In this document: positions 1 through 32,454 of the stretch, piece by piece | How positions within the stretch are numbered: the stretch's first letter is position 1 | How the letters are laid out: the number at the start of each line of letters is the position of its first letter | Source: Octopus bimaculoides | Taxonomy: Eukaryota | Direction of reading: 5' to 3' | DNA length: 60,412 bases | NCBI RefSeq assembly: GCF_001194135.2 | Contig: NC_069000.1 | Coordinates: 47,190,460-47,250,871, forward strand | Program-made: the position numbers and the translations under genes | The notes under the pieces: model-generated | Database searches by the model: none | What the model was told of the DNA's origin: nothing | Seen by the model: the letters and a program-made list of their open reading frames with translations, nothing else

Positions 1-42
<42 letters not shown>

Positions 43-288
43 TATTCAGTATTGCTATTAATTTGTGAGTCAGTGGTGGTTACCATTTTAACACAAATAA
101 CCAACAATGTTATTGGTAAAAGAAGAACAACATTACAATAAAACTGGTGTCTGAAATATATATTTCTTGGAAAATATTTACAAGGCTTACTTCTTAGAGT
201 AAGATGTTTTTTCTATTCATCTTTTATGCAAATGACTTGAACAATTTCACAAAGAACTGTGCCAAAAAAAAAGGAGGTAGGGGAGGGG

Positions 289-315
289 TTTATTTCAATA
301 GATTCATTCTTTATT
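289..315 (-). terminator. Candidate polyadenylation signals of LARS2
   Basis: AATAAA on the minus strand at 289-294 and 310-315, about 400 nt past the stop codon at 697. Confidence 0.4.
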
Positions 316-384
316 TTTTGTCAGGATACCAGTAATATACTGGGGTTGACTTATTATTAAGGATTAAAGGCACAGAAAGTGACA

Positions 385-558
385 CTGAAGTGGTGGAACA
401 GTACTGCAGTGGGGCTGCAGTGGCACTGTGTAGTAGTGGTATAACAAGTATAACGCAGTAGTAGGTCAGCGGTACTGCAGTGGAGGTACAGCAGCATTGC
501 AGTGGTGACACACTGGTACTGAAGTGGCAGTGGTACAGTGGTACTGCAATGGTGCAGG
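385..558. repeat. Degenerate minisatellite of CAGTGGTACTG-like units
   Basis: Recurrent GTACTGCAGTGG / CAGTGGTAC words in the presumed LARS2 3'UTR. Confidence 0.6.
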
Positions 559-696
559 GTTCAATTCTCAGCAGACCAATTGAAGTTGAATCTATATCAA
601 CAAAGTTGTTAATACTAAAAAAATGAATGAATACCACAACACACCAATTGCCTGTTTCTCTAATAAACATGTGACCTTATACCTCTGAGGAAATGG

Positions 697-20912
<20,216 letters not shown>

Positions 20913-21479
20913 GTTGGTCACTTCTGGTTGATGGGAATATTAAAAATAAAATAATAATAATAACCAATGTGTCTTTATATAAATACGTACACAAACAAGT
21001 CAGTACGGACCCACGTAACTTTATACCTCTAAATGCCCTTCTGGCTGACTACAAAGTCAACTTTATAAGACGTTTTATAATTAATCAAACTAAATATCAT
21101 TATATAAACGATTTTATAAACATTTTCCCCTCGAGATGAACGAATGGAACCCGTCAGCTTGATTTGAACAACGATCAAAAGATTACATTTACATATTTTA
21201 ACAAAAACACACAAGCACATGGAAACTTTTAGTAATTAAATCAAACTCCTAATTATGTGTGTATGTCTGATATAGGTGTGTGTTTGTGACCGTACACGAG
21301 TATGAAATATTTAATGCCTATATATATGTGTGCGTAACATGTGAAGTATATATTTATATGACATTTGCTATATAATATAATCTCCGTGAATGTGTGCAGT
21401 CATTTGAGTTTAAACATCGCGGAACAAGATTGTTACTCTGTTCGTTAAATGTCCTTTGACTAAAACAAAAATAATTGTG

Positions 21480-21720
21480 ATACTTTACAGCTAATTAATC
21501 TAGAAAAACATTTGAATTTCCAATTCAAATAATTACCATGAAGACGTTTACAAAAATTAAACTGTCGCCAACAAATTATTTACTGAGAATTTCTAAACAG
21601 TCGCCGGTAATTAACTGTCGACTGTGACCTCTGGAGGTCACAACATGAGCGCAGACTAAATATTCCCCATGATTATGTAAGGTTTAATACTTTGTTCATC
21701 GGAATTCTTTTCAAAATCGA
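21480..21720. promoter_or_regulatory. Putative bidirectional promoter and first non-coding exons of LARS2 and OSGEP
   Basis: Locally CpG-richer segment between divergent genes. Outward-facing donor-like sites CATG|GTAATT (minus, after 21537) and TAT|GTAAGG (plus, 21677). The OSGEP ATG exon has an upstream acceptor ending at 24185, so a 5'UTR exon must exist. Palindrome at 21623-21642. Confidence 0.45.
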
Positions 21721-22519
21721 AAGCAGTTCATTTTCTAATTGTTGCTATAATTTCAATTTCGTGAATAACGAATTTAGGTTTTCGTTTTCTAATTATCGAA
21801 ACTAAAAAACCCTAATTTAGACCGGGGACAAATCTAGCTCTTCACCGTCTATATCGAAGATGCGTGATTGAAATAAATTAAATGATTATAATTTAAAGAC
21901 GATAAGAGATCGATGTTCAAGTTGTAGTCAATAAGGAGATTCACTGCATAATTTACAGAGAAGAGAATCATCTTAGCTATTCAGTTGTTTGCATATTTCT
22001 TTCTACTTATGAGATAAAACTGTGACGACATTTCTGCTTCTGAAGCCAGCTGGAGTCGGCTTTGTTTCTTGAAATAAATATGTCAATAATATGGAATAGG
22101 ATTCGATAGGCCGTATAAAAATAGGTAATTAGTCCATGTAATTAAGAGCGGGGGTGTGGTGATAAGGTCTCAGCGAACTGAATCTGATTTTTTGCTTCAG
22201 TTTCTATTTCGAACTGCTTCACCTAAGTCTTAACTACCACAAAGGAAGATGAGGTCCTTCCTACACGACTTCACTCCTCATTTCTCGAAATATAACTCAA
22301 CACTTCATGTCAATTAACGTGTCATTTAAATTATAGAACATAAGGCTTCTGAAGTCTATCAAGTAGTTACAAATTAAGTTCTAAATCGGAATGCTGCCGT
22401 TAAAATAAGAACAACCTCATCAGTCATTCCTTCTTCCTAAATTTGATTCCATTCTTGCATTAGTTTTACTTTCATCTTTAGGATCGAAGATTTCCATAAC
22501 GTCAGATAATACATCGTGG

Positions 22520-22557
<38 letters not shown>

Positions 22558-24203
22558 TATATTAGTGTAAAATAAGGTTGTTATAAGGGAGGGATATAAG
22601 CGGAGCTTCAGACCATGTACCAATTATATAAATCATATCATTATAGTATAGAGTAAAGGGATGCATTGAGGCAGGAACAGAGTTAAAAGACTTCCATTGT
22701 TCCCGAGGGAGTTTTTAACCACTGCAGCTTGAGAAGATCCTAATAAATTCATCGCGCCTCAAAGTATCTTAACTCTGGCAGCTCTTCGACTATTTACAAT
22801 GGTTCTGTGTGGTTATCTTATTTCATGATTGACCAGCCACATTGAAATATTAAAAGCTAGAAATGTGATGTGTTTTAATCAAGCATGACTATTATTACAG
22901 TGGTTTATATATGTATGTATGAGTGCGACTCACATGAATCACGAAGTTTGAACAACTAAATGAAAGATTATTAAATACGAAATAAATCTAAAAGATTCGT
23001 CGAGTTAGAGTTATCTCCTTTGCAATTAGGACTCTTCACACTGAAACTGACAACAATAATTTTAAATAGGAAGTTTCTAGGGTAATTAGTTTTACTTTGT
23101 TTTTATATATATATATATGTGTGTGTGCGTGTGTGTTTTATTTTAATGTGAAGGTTCTGAGGTTAGAAGAAGTGGTGGGGCAGGCCGATAACTGTTTTAT
23201 ATTTTCTATCGACCTCCTGTGTTCTGTATAGGTTCGAACCACGGCGCTGCTGTCGAATTAGTTGTTTTAGGCCACAGGTCACTGTAAAGCAGGTACCAGT
23301 TATATACGCAAATAGGTAATGTGCCTACACAGTTCAAGTGAGGTGTCTGTAGTCTGTACATTCTGTGGTTGTGTGATCCTTAAATCTTAACTGTTGTATC
23401 CGGTCTCCCTCTAAGTTGGAGTTGTTTATCTCGCTTCGAGTAGTGGAGGTAACAGTCAGATGGTGTCGTATTGCTGTTGAGGCCCTGGAAGAGACAATAG
23501 GAGGCGCAAATTACCGTTGTATATTTTACCTCTTAACGGAGTAGGAGTTTTTGTTCTATCGCTCGATCTGAAAGAAATAACAGCTAGACATTCCCCTAAC
23601 CACTCATTACTGTCTTAAACACAGAAATTATATATTGGTAAATGTAGTCGTACATACATTGCTAAAATAACAGGTGTGTAGGGGTCACGACCGAAATCCC
23701 TTTCACCATAGACTTCGCGATCAGAACTGACCTGGGGCTAAACAACGCCTTGAACCATCGCAGTAAAACTAGAGATTCAGTAGTGACCCCTGTACCTACC
23801 CGGGTGGGTTACAGGACTAGCCACTACTCACTGGATATGACTCGACTATGATCGCACCTCTGCCCTATAGAAATATCCTTCGTGTTTAGTTTCAAATAAA
23901 TATTGATTAGAGTTAGGTTGATTCACAGAATTTGGGGGACATCAGAGATAAGACGTTCTTGTACAAAATCTCAGGACAGTATCAATACCCGTTTAAACCT
24001 AATTCGCTTTAGCACCGTTCTCTTACGTAATACCTGAGGAAGTGGACAAACACATGCATACACACACACACACACACACACATGCACGCGCCCAGAGGGA
24101 GAGAAACTTTTTCTCTTCACCAGATGAATATCATGTGATCCAGTGATTTATATTATTATTATTATTATTTTTCTTTCGATCTTAGATTCCCTCCAAACTA
24201 ACG

Positions 24204-26775
24204 ATGGTGATCTCTATTGGATTTGAAGGAAGTGCCAACAAACTTGGTATTGGTATTATGAAAAATGACAAAGTTTTAAGCAACCCTCGCCACACCTACG
24301 TCACACCTCCTGGTCAAGGTAAGAATTGCACCATTCCATCATGGTCACCCAACCTTATTCACTATTCCTGCCCTCCTCTTGTATCTATTACCTCACTTCA
24401 AGCCTTCAAGGGAGCTTGCATGGTCACTGGACATTTTAGAAATAGCAGCTAAATTCCTTCAAATCATACCCTGTGATATTTAAACAAAAAGGACATTGTA
24501 GATAATGTGTTCAGGGTTTCCCTACGAATGGTCATGGCTGGACTTCCTTTGATCACAGGCTTGCTCAATCAGGGTTGTTCTGGGACTAAACAATGACATC
24601 TATATATGTCTCTTAGTGTTTTTCTTGGTCTTCTCACCAAATCTTTTGCAAGATACATGGATCGTTATTTTAAAGCTAATTGCTGTGGTTGATGGAACGA
24701 ACTCCCATATATTTCTTGTCCACCCATGAAGGGAGTGGGTGAAAGAGAAACTCAACTCTGATAAGATTTGAACTTATGATATCAAGACTCAATACCTGCC
24801 AGATCTGTGTTGATTGAGATTTTGTTTTTTACCTGAAAAATAAGGAATTTGGGGCCATTCTACCAAAATGAAGCACAAATGTATTTTAGGCAGTGCTCCA
24901 GCTTGGGCATAAGCCATGGTAGCTTTAATGAACTAAAATATAAAACATAACCATTCCACTGAAGCCGTCTTTACCTTTCATCCTTTCAGGGTTGATAAAA
25001 TAAGTACCAGTTGCATACTGGGGCCAATGTCTTCAACCTCCCCCCTGCCCCCAAATTGCTGGCCTTGTGCCAAAATTTGAAACCATTATTATTATTTTTA
25101 ATTAACAGAAGTTACAAAGAAACTCAAAGGTTGAGAGTTCCATGCATGGCATGAAAATGATACAAAACTTGTCATGAATTTTAACTGCAAAATGTCCTGA
25201 CATGTTTAACCCTTCATCTCGTTTGGCCTTGGTAGATGCAGGTAACATTTGTAACAATGTTAGTTCTATAATGTTTCTCTGTAGGTTTTTTGCCACGCGA
25301 CACTGCCAAGCATCACCAGGAATATATACTGAAGGTTCTTAACCAAGCGATAGAAGAAGCACAGATTCAAACAAAAGACATTGATGTAATTTGTTATACA
25401 AAAGGTAGGTACATCTGTGTGTATGTGTGTGTGTGTGTAATATCCTTCCTCTAAGTAATTCAGCAAACATATTGTTTCCATGGTAACACATATGAATTTT
25501 GGATTTTGTTTTCCCTTGTATTTTCAGGTCCTGGAATGGGTGGACCTTTGGTGTCCACAGCAATTGTGGCACGCACAGTGGCACAGCTTTGGAAGAAACC
25601 TGTTGTGGCAGTTAATCATTGTATTGCTCATATCCTTCTGTTTGGGGTCTGAAAAGGGACTTTGGCTTCGTGTGTGAGTGGGGAGGATGTCACATGTAGG
25701 TAATATGTGTAGGTGTGGGAGGTGACTTATGGATGTGTATGTGTGATAAGATGTGTGTCTGTGTGTGGGTCATATGTTCACATGTGAAGATCACTTGTAT
25801 GTGTCTGTGAGGGTTATATGTGTATCTAGGAGTACACGTATGTGCTTATGTATGAGTAATGTGTGTGTATGCATGTGTCACGCATCGTGTGTGTGTGCAC
25901 ATACCAAAAAGTGGTGATGGTTGATGTTGTTGTTTTGCCCCAGTTCAAATCTAATCCTACAAACATTATCCTGCCATGACCATCTCATCTATTATTCAGA
26001 TACAACATATCTAGGCCTGCATTAGAAAATATGATCAACTTTTTATACTTTTTAAGGCAGCAGTAAATGATTTGAGGGAGATTTGGTTGATATTTTTAGC
26101 AAGTCAAATTACCATATAAGTGATTTGTTGTTCCTTTGGTGGTGATGGTGGTGGTTGTGGGTTAGGGTGAGGGTGGTTGTGATGGTGATGCTGATTGTAG
26201 TGATAATGATAGTGATGATGATGATGATGATGTATGTTGGTTCCTATTTTCTGTTCCTTTATTGTTGTTTTTGTTCCTTAATTCCTCTTTTTTGCACATA
26301 TTGAAATGGGTCGCCTGGTGACCGGGGCACAGAATCCCACTGTCCTCTATGTCAGTGGAGGAAACACACAGGTAAGACATCCTCTCTCTCTCCCTCTCTC
26401 TTTTTTATCTATGCTTCCCCCTTTCTCTCCCTCTTCATCTCCATTTCTCAACACAACCCTGTCTGTCTGTTTGTCCTGCAGGTCATCTCTTATTCCCAGC
26501 AGAAATATCGTATCTTTGGGGAAACCATTGACATTGCAGTCGGAAACTGCCTGGACAGATTTGCCAGAGTTTTAAAGGTAATTCCACTTTCACTGCTTTT
26601 TTTTCTTTATTTTACTTGGGTTAAATATCCCTTAGACGTTTTTTATAACCTCTAATTGAACTCACCTCTCTCTCTCTCTCTAAATATATATATATAGATA
26701 TAGATATAGATATGTTGCCACCTTGTATTATAGCTGTTCCTGTACATTTACCCTTACCTGTTATAATTATCCCAT

Positions 26776-26817
<42 letters not shown>

Positions 26818-29800
26818 CCACCTTATATATCACAGTTATCTTCATTATATTTATCCTCCTCCCTGTATTACAGTTATCCAATGATCCCAGTCCTGGCTAC
26901 AACATTGAACAACTGGCCAAAAAGTAAGTATAGATTTATATTGTGACAGATTGGACTGGAACAGACTGGATATAAATGGATGTTAAATGGATGAACTGGT
27001 AATGTTTGTATGATTATTTTCTTTGCAGAGGTAAGAAACTGGCCGAACTCCCTTACACTGTGAAAGGCATGGATGTGTCATTCTCTGGTTTACTCTCATA
27101 CATTGAGGTGAGTCTGTAGCTTTTTGCTTCATTCTTTACCTCCCACCCCCACCCTCACGCCAAACTTTGTGCCTTTCTGTGTTTTAAACTAAACTTCTGT
27201 CATGTTTCAAGCAGTTGATGCCATGGTTACAGTAAACTTCATTTTCTTTTTTTTTCTATTTATATTTTTGTATGGTTTGATTATTAAAGGAAGGGCAGGA
27301 GTAGTGACCTTGTGACCTTTCTTGGGGCTTCCTGACTGGATTTGGGGAATGGGCCTGTTGTTATGTCCATTATTTAGCCTGCATCCTGTCTGTTGTTACA
27401 TCTCCCCTATAATGGTCCCCTGTGACATATTTCAGGAGAAAGCCCCTCAATGGTTGAAGAATGGTGACTACACACCGGAAGATCTCTGTTTCTCTCTTCA
27501 GGAGACAGTCTTTGCTATGTTGGTGGAGATTACTGGTAAGTGTGTATAGTTGAATCTCTCATCCCCTGGTGTATGACTGGTTGACAGGGATGGTAACAGC
27601 TGAGTGTATAATGGTTTGGGTGATTCATGCTGAGATTTTACTTTAGGCATGGATGCATGGTCAAAAGGTTTGTTTCCCAAGTTCATAGTTTTGAGTTCAA
27701 TTCCACTGCATGGCACCATGGGAAAGTGTCTTTTACTACAACCCCAGGTTAATTGAGGCTTTGCGAATAGATTTGGTGGACGGGAAGTGAAAGATACCTT
27801 TTGTGTGTGAGTGTGACTCCTTGTTAGATGCTGGTGGTAAATCGAGTGTCACTGTTTTACAAATGGTATCATTCATTCCTAGTCTTCTGTGAAAATATTG
27901 GGGTCCCATTTAAGGGCCTTCACATTCATTCAGCTTCCTCAATGCTGGACCAAAAAAGGGAGTTACTAAGATGTTACTCAGGGCTGCTATTTCTAGCAGC
28001 CATATCTTCAAGCTTTAGTTTTACTTTCTTAAAAATAGCTGATTGTTTCCCTACACAATGAAGAAGTGTATTCTCCCCCCAACACACTTCCAATTTTATT
28101 GAAGCCAGAGGCCACATGTTTGAAATGGTAAATCCCAGGATATCAAACTGTAAACTAAAGTTGGTGTAGCCATGGGGGGAAACTCTGGTTCTCTGTTTTA
28201 CATTAACCAACCACCTCTGTTAACAACAACTATTTATAGTAATCTGGTTTCTAAAGGGTTAACATTTAAATCATGTTGTCTTAGTTATCCTAGTTGTCCC
28301 CAATTTTGTTAATTCTTATTTTTATTTTTAATTTGTATTTTGTTTCTTCAAATATTTTGGGTTTTTATGTCCCACAGAACGTGCCATGGCCCACTGCAAT
28401 TCCAACGAAGTCCTTATTGTTGGTGGTGTTGGCTGTAAGTATCCTTTTTTGCTACACTTTCTCATGGAATGTCTTCTTATCTTCCAATTCTGCTCTTAAC
28501 TATTTTGCAGGCTCAGCAAGCTTGGTCTTAGATTTCGGTGCAGGTAGGGGTGGTGTTGTTAAGTTTGCTGACCAACCAGGTGGTTCCATGTTTAGTCTCA
28601 CTGTATGGTTCATTGGGAAAATGTCTTCTACTGTGGCCCCTGGTCAATCACAGCAGTGAGTGTGGATTTGGGAGACAAAAACTGAAAGACTGTCGTGTGT
28701 GTGTTTCCTTGACTTGGCATCACATGATGGTTGTAAATGAGTGTCACCATCATGCCAGCAGCAGCATTCCATGCAAAACATATCTGGCCACGACAAAATA
28801 TGACCTTGCTTGGAAACGTGAGGTTTAGCAACAGGAAAGGCATCTGGTTGTAGAAAGTCTGTCTCAATGAATTCCAACTGACCTGAACAAACATGGAAAA
28901 GTGGATGTTAAAGCAATGGTGATGATGATGATGATGATGTATGCATAGGTTTGTTTCCCCTCTTTGTTTTGACATTGTTTAAAGTAAAAATTTCTTCCAC
29001 TCTTTAGTTATTCCATTGTGTGAAAGGAAAGACCAATGGATTAAGCGATGGGTTGATGGCAGGAAGGACACCTGGTATCATCAAGTTTCATCTAACCCAT
29101 GCTAACTTGAAGAAAACAGATGTAAAAACGTTTGGGTGGCAGTACTGGTGACGTCAGGGATGGCCGACTGATGATTCTTTTGTAGTCTGTATTTCAATGT
29201 TACCAAAAATATCTTTGTGCCTTTTATTTTTTCCCTTTTTCTTTTCTTAAAAATCTTTGTCAGGCAATGAACATTTACAAAAAATGATGGGTCAAATGGC
29301 TGAAGAGAGAGGGGCCAAATTATTTGCAACAGACGAGCGGTAAGTCCCCCATTGATCACCCCCCACCAATTACTGACCTGTCGTTCTCACTTTTATAACA
29401 TCTCAAACATGGGAAGGGATTTAAACTGAGATACAGATGTGACTGGGTGCTTTAGAAGTTCACTTCCCAACCACATGGTTCCAGGTTCAGTCCCACTGTG
29501 TGGCACCTTGAGCAAGTGGCTTCTACTATAGCCTCAGGCCAACCAAAACCTTGTGTTTGTGTGTGTGTGTGTGTGCATATATGTGTATGTATGCATATAA
29601 ATTATATATATATATATATAAATGTATGTGTATTTTTTCAATGAGTACAAATAACACGGAAAAAATAAAGTTACCAGGGTAGCAAAAATTCACTTAAGTG
29701 CCAAGAATATTACAGCCTAATATTCTTGAACGCCAGAAAACCAAAAGCATGAGTTTAAGAAGCAAACATCTTAATCACACAGCCACACTTGTCTCTCATC

Positions 29801-30550
29801 CATTTGTATGAAAGCAAATGAGAGACCCAGCGATTACAAGAACATTTCACATTTTGGTCCATTCTGCTCAACAGAAACCATTACAAAATTGGTCATTCCT
29901 TGTACACCCTTCACTCTTCAGATTTCTAAATATTAATCCCAGAATTCCAATTCTTCTTCAGGTTCTGTATTGACAATGGTGCCATGATAGCTTATGCTGG
30001 TTTATTGATGTACAAGAATGGTTACACCACCCCACTAAAAGACACAGGATGCACCCAGAGGTATTATTATTGTTGTTACTACTACTACTACTACTACTAC
30101 TTAAGGTAGCAAACTGGCAGAATCATTAGCATGCTGGATAAAATGTTTTGCAGCATTTCTTCCTTCTTTATGTTCTGAGTTCAAATTCCACCAAAGTTGA
30201 CCTTACCATTCGTTCTTGATGAAATGATTACCACTAAAATAATGAGGTTGAGGTAACCTACTAAATTTCCTTCCCACCAAGATTGCAGGCCTTGTTCCTA
30301 CAGTAGAAAGGAGTATTATTACGTTTTTTATTTTGCTGTGTCTTGTGAGGGTCGTAATGCCAATATTAATAACACACACTGGTTCAATATCACTTCTTCA
30401 TTGTTTGTCAGTTGGTTAAATATACAACCAACTAACTAATCAATCATTTGTTTAATGAATTGGTTAATCAATCATTTGGTTGTTTATCCATTCTTGTATT
30501 GTCTTTGCAGATATCGAACAGATGAAGTTCTTGTCACTTGGAGGAATTAA
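24204..30550 (+). CDS. OSGEP: tRNA N6-adenosine threonylcarbamoyltransferase (Kae1/OSGEP, KEOPS catalytic subunit; 12 coding exons, 335 aa)
   Basis: Exons 24204-24318, 25285-25404, 25528-25629, 26298-26371, 26482-26577, 26874-26923, 27029-27107, 27436-27535, 28378-28434, 29264-29339, 29962-30060, 30511-30550 total 1008 nt. Motifs: [93 protein letters not shown]. Intron 3 is AT-AC. Confidence 0.97.
25630..26297 (+). other. U12-type (minor spliceosome) AT-AC intron, OSGEP intron 3
   Basis: 5' site ATATCCTT at 25630, branch site TTCCTTAAT at 26274-26282, 3' end TGCAC at 26297. Removal restores C|AT (His) in NHCIAHIEMG. No GT-AG solution exists at this junction. Confidence 0.93.
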
Positions 30551-30599
30551 CAATTAATGAGACATAATTAACAAGTTTTATTATTTCTATTGTTTTCTA

Positions 30600-30621
30600 A
30601 ATAAATAAATAAATAAATAAA
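30600..30621 (+). terminator. Polyadenylation signal cluster of OSGEP
   Basis: Overlapping AATAAA hexamers in an (AAAT)n run 50 nt after the stop, followed by T-rich sequence. Confidence 0.6.
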
Positions 30622-31483
30622 TATTGTTTTTATATTGTTTATTGCAAATATTTATGAAAATATTCCAGAAATGTGACCTTTAAGGTCTTGGCAGCATTGA
30701 TGTAGAGTCACAGCACCAGACAGATCCCTTTCATAGGAATTGGTTGGTAAAACGTTTCTGTCGAGACAGATGTTGACCTCGGGACGGAAATCTATGTGGA
30801 TTGGTCAACACACACACACACACACACATACGGCACCTATCATCGGCAGAGGTGGAGAAGGCAGTGGTTTGTCCAGCTCATTTATCATCTACATACATGC
30901 ATACATGTGTATACACGTACGCACATGCCCATACACACACATGCACCTACACAACTAGAGTAAAGAAATGATCAACTTACCTGTATTTTCTTTAGATGTA
31001 CCTGTGTTTATAGACTTGTGTAACCTCACTTCTAACAACACTCGCCCTTTGATATGTATAAGATGCGTGTGTGTGTGTGTATAAACATGTACATGCAGAC
31101 CTGCATCTCTGTGCATGCGTGTGAGTGTATGTGAATGTATGTACGCACGTGTGGATATATGTATATGTATATATAAATACATACACACCGGTATTCAATT
31201 TACGTCAGTAACCATTTCCTTTGGTTGTTTGTTATTTTCATTGATTGTTGGGAAGTGGAGGAGTGAGAGGATAATAAAGAGGGAGAAAGAGATGTGGTGG
31301 TGGTGGTGAGCTGCCCATTAACGGAGGTTCGGTGTCCTTGTCCCCTTGCTTTTCTATCGAAAAGATCTAACAAGTTTGTCTTTACAATTTGTTGACAAAT
31401 TATTTTTTACCGTTTTACTAGCTTTCATGTCACGTTGTGCACCAGGTTCAACCACCAACACTCAGAAGAAATGAATAACGACA

Positions 31484-31516
<33 letters not shown>

Positions 31517-31972
31517 GGTGACGAAATGCTAAACGGTATTTCATTTGAGTTCAAATTCCGCCGGAGTCGACTTTGCCTTTCATCCTTTCGGGGTCGATAA
31601 ATTAAGTATCAGTGAAACACTGGAGTCAATGTAATCGACTCATCCCGTCCCCTAAAATTGCTGCCCTTGTGGCAAAATTTGAAACCATTATTATTATTAA
31701 GGTGGCGAACTGGCAGAATCTTTATTCCTCCTTTAAGTAATAGAGTGGACAAAATAAACCCATCACGAATTCCGGTGGTTGTATGGTTCATCCATCGTTT
31801 GGATAATTCAACCTTGGCCGCTATATTAATTCTATTCTGGTGAATGACGACAGGAAAATAACAAGACTCGCCTTCCTGGAAATCGCTCATCCCTCTGCTC
31901 ATTTGTTAGACAGAGGATAGGATCCAGAGCAGATTCAGGTAAGTTGTTTGAGAATGTATTACTCAGAACGTG

Positions 31973-32099
31973 ATTGGATCTTCGATCCATATCCTGCGCA
32001 ATACTCGACCAATCAAAGCACAGGACTCAACCAATGTTACAAACTCACGTGATAGATAAGACGACCAATCATTACAGATTAACATGCTGAACTATAAAA
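31973..32099 (+). promoter_or_regulatory. Orphan Pol II promoter-like cluster (CCAAT boxes, E-box, TATA)
   Basis: ATTGG 31973; CCAAT 32009, 32031, 32065; CACGTG 32046-32051; TATAAAA 32093-32099. Confidence 0.45.
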
Positions 32100-32124
32100 C
32101 GCTAGCCGACTTCAATTAGAAATT

Positions 32125-32299
<175 letters not shown>

Positions 32300-32303
<4 letters not shown>

Positions 32304-32361
32304 TGTGATGAGCTGTCCACAAAGCTGCGGCTTTCGTGGATGCGAAACTATTGGTCACTCT
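32300..32361 (+). ncRNA. Type I hammerhead ribozyme-like motif (C3 replaced by G)
   Basis: Stem I AGAGU/ACUCU, core GUGAUGA, long stem II (GC..UCCAC AAAGC-UGCG-GCUUU C GUGGA..GC), GAAA, stem III AC-UAUUG-GU, GUC triplet. Confidence 0.6.
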
Positions 32362-32404
32362 ATGACCAGACTTAAACTTTGTGATTATACATACATACAT
32401 GCAT

Positions 32405-32454
<50 letters not shown>

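Noticed and set aside
32305-32400. Box C (GTGATGA) of a possible C/D snoRNA
   Set aside because: No box D (CTGA) or terminal stem at a suitable distance; the hammerhead fold explains the sequence better.
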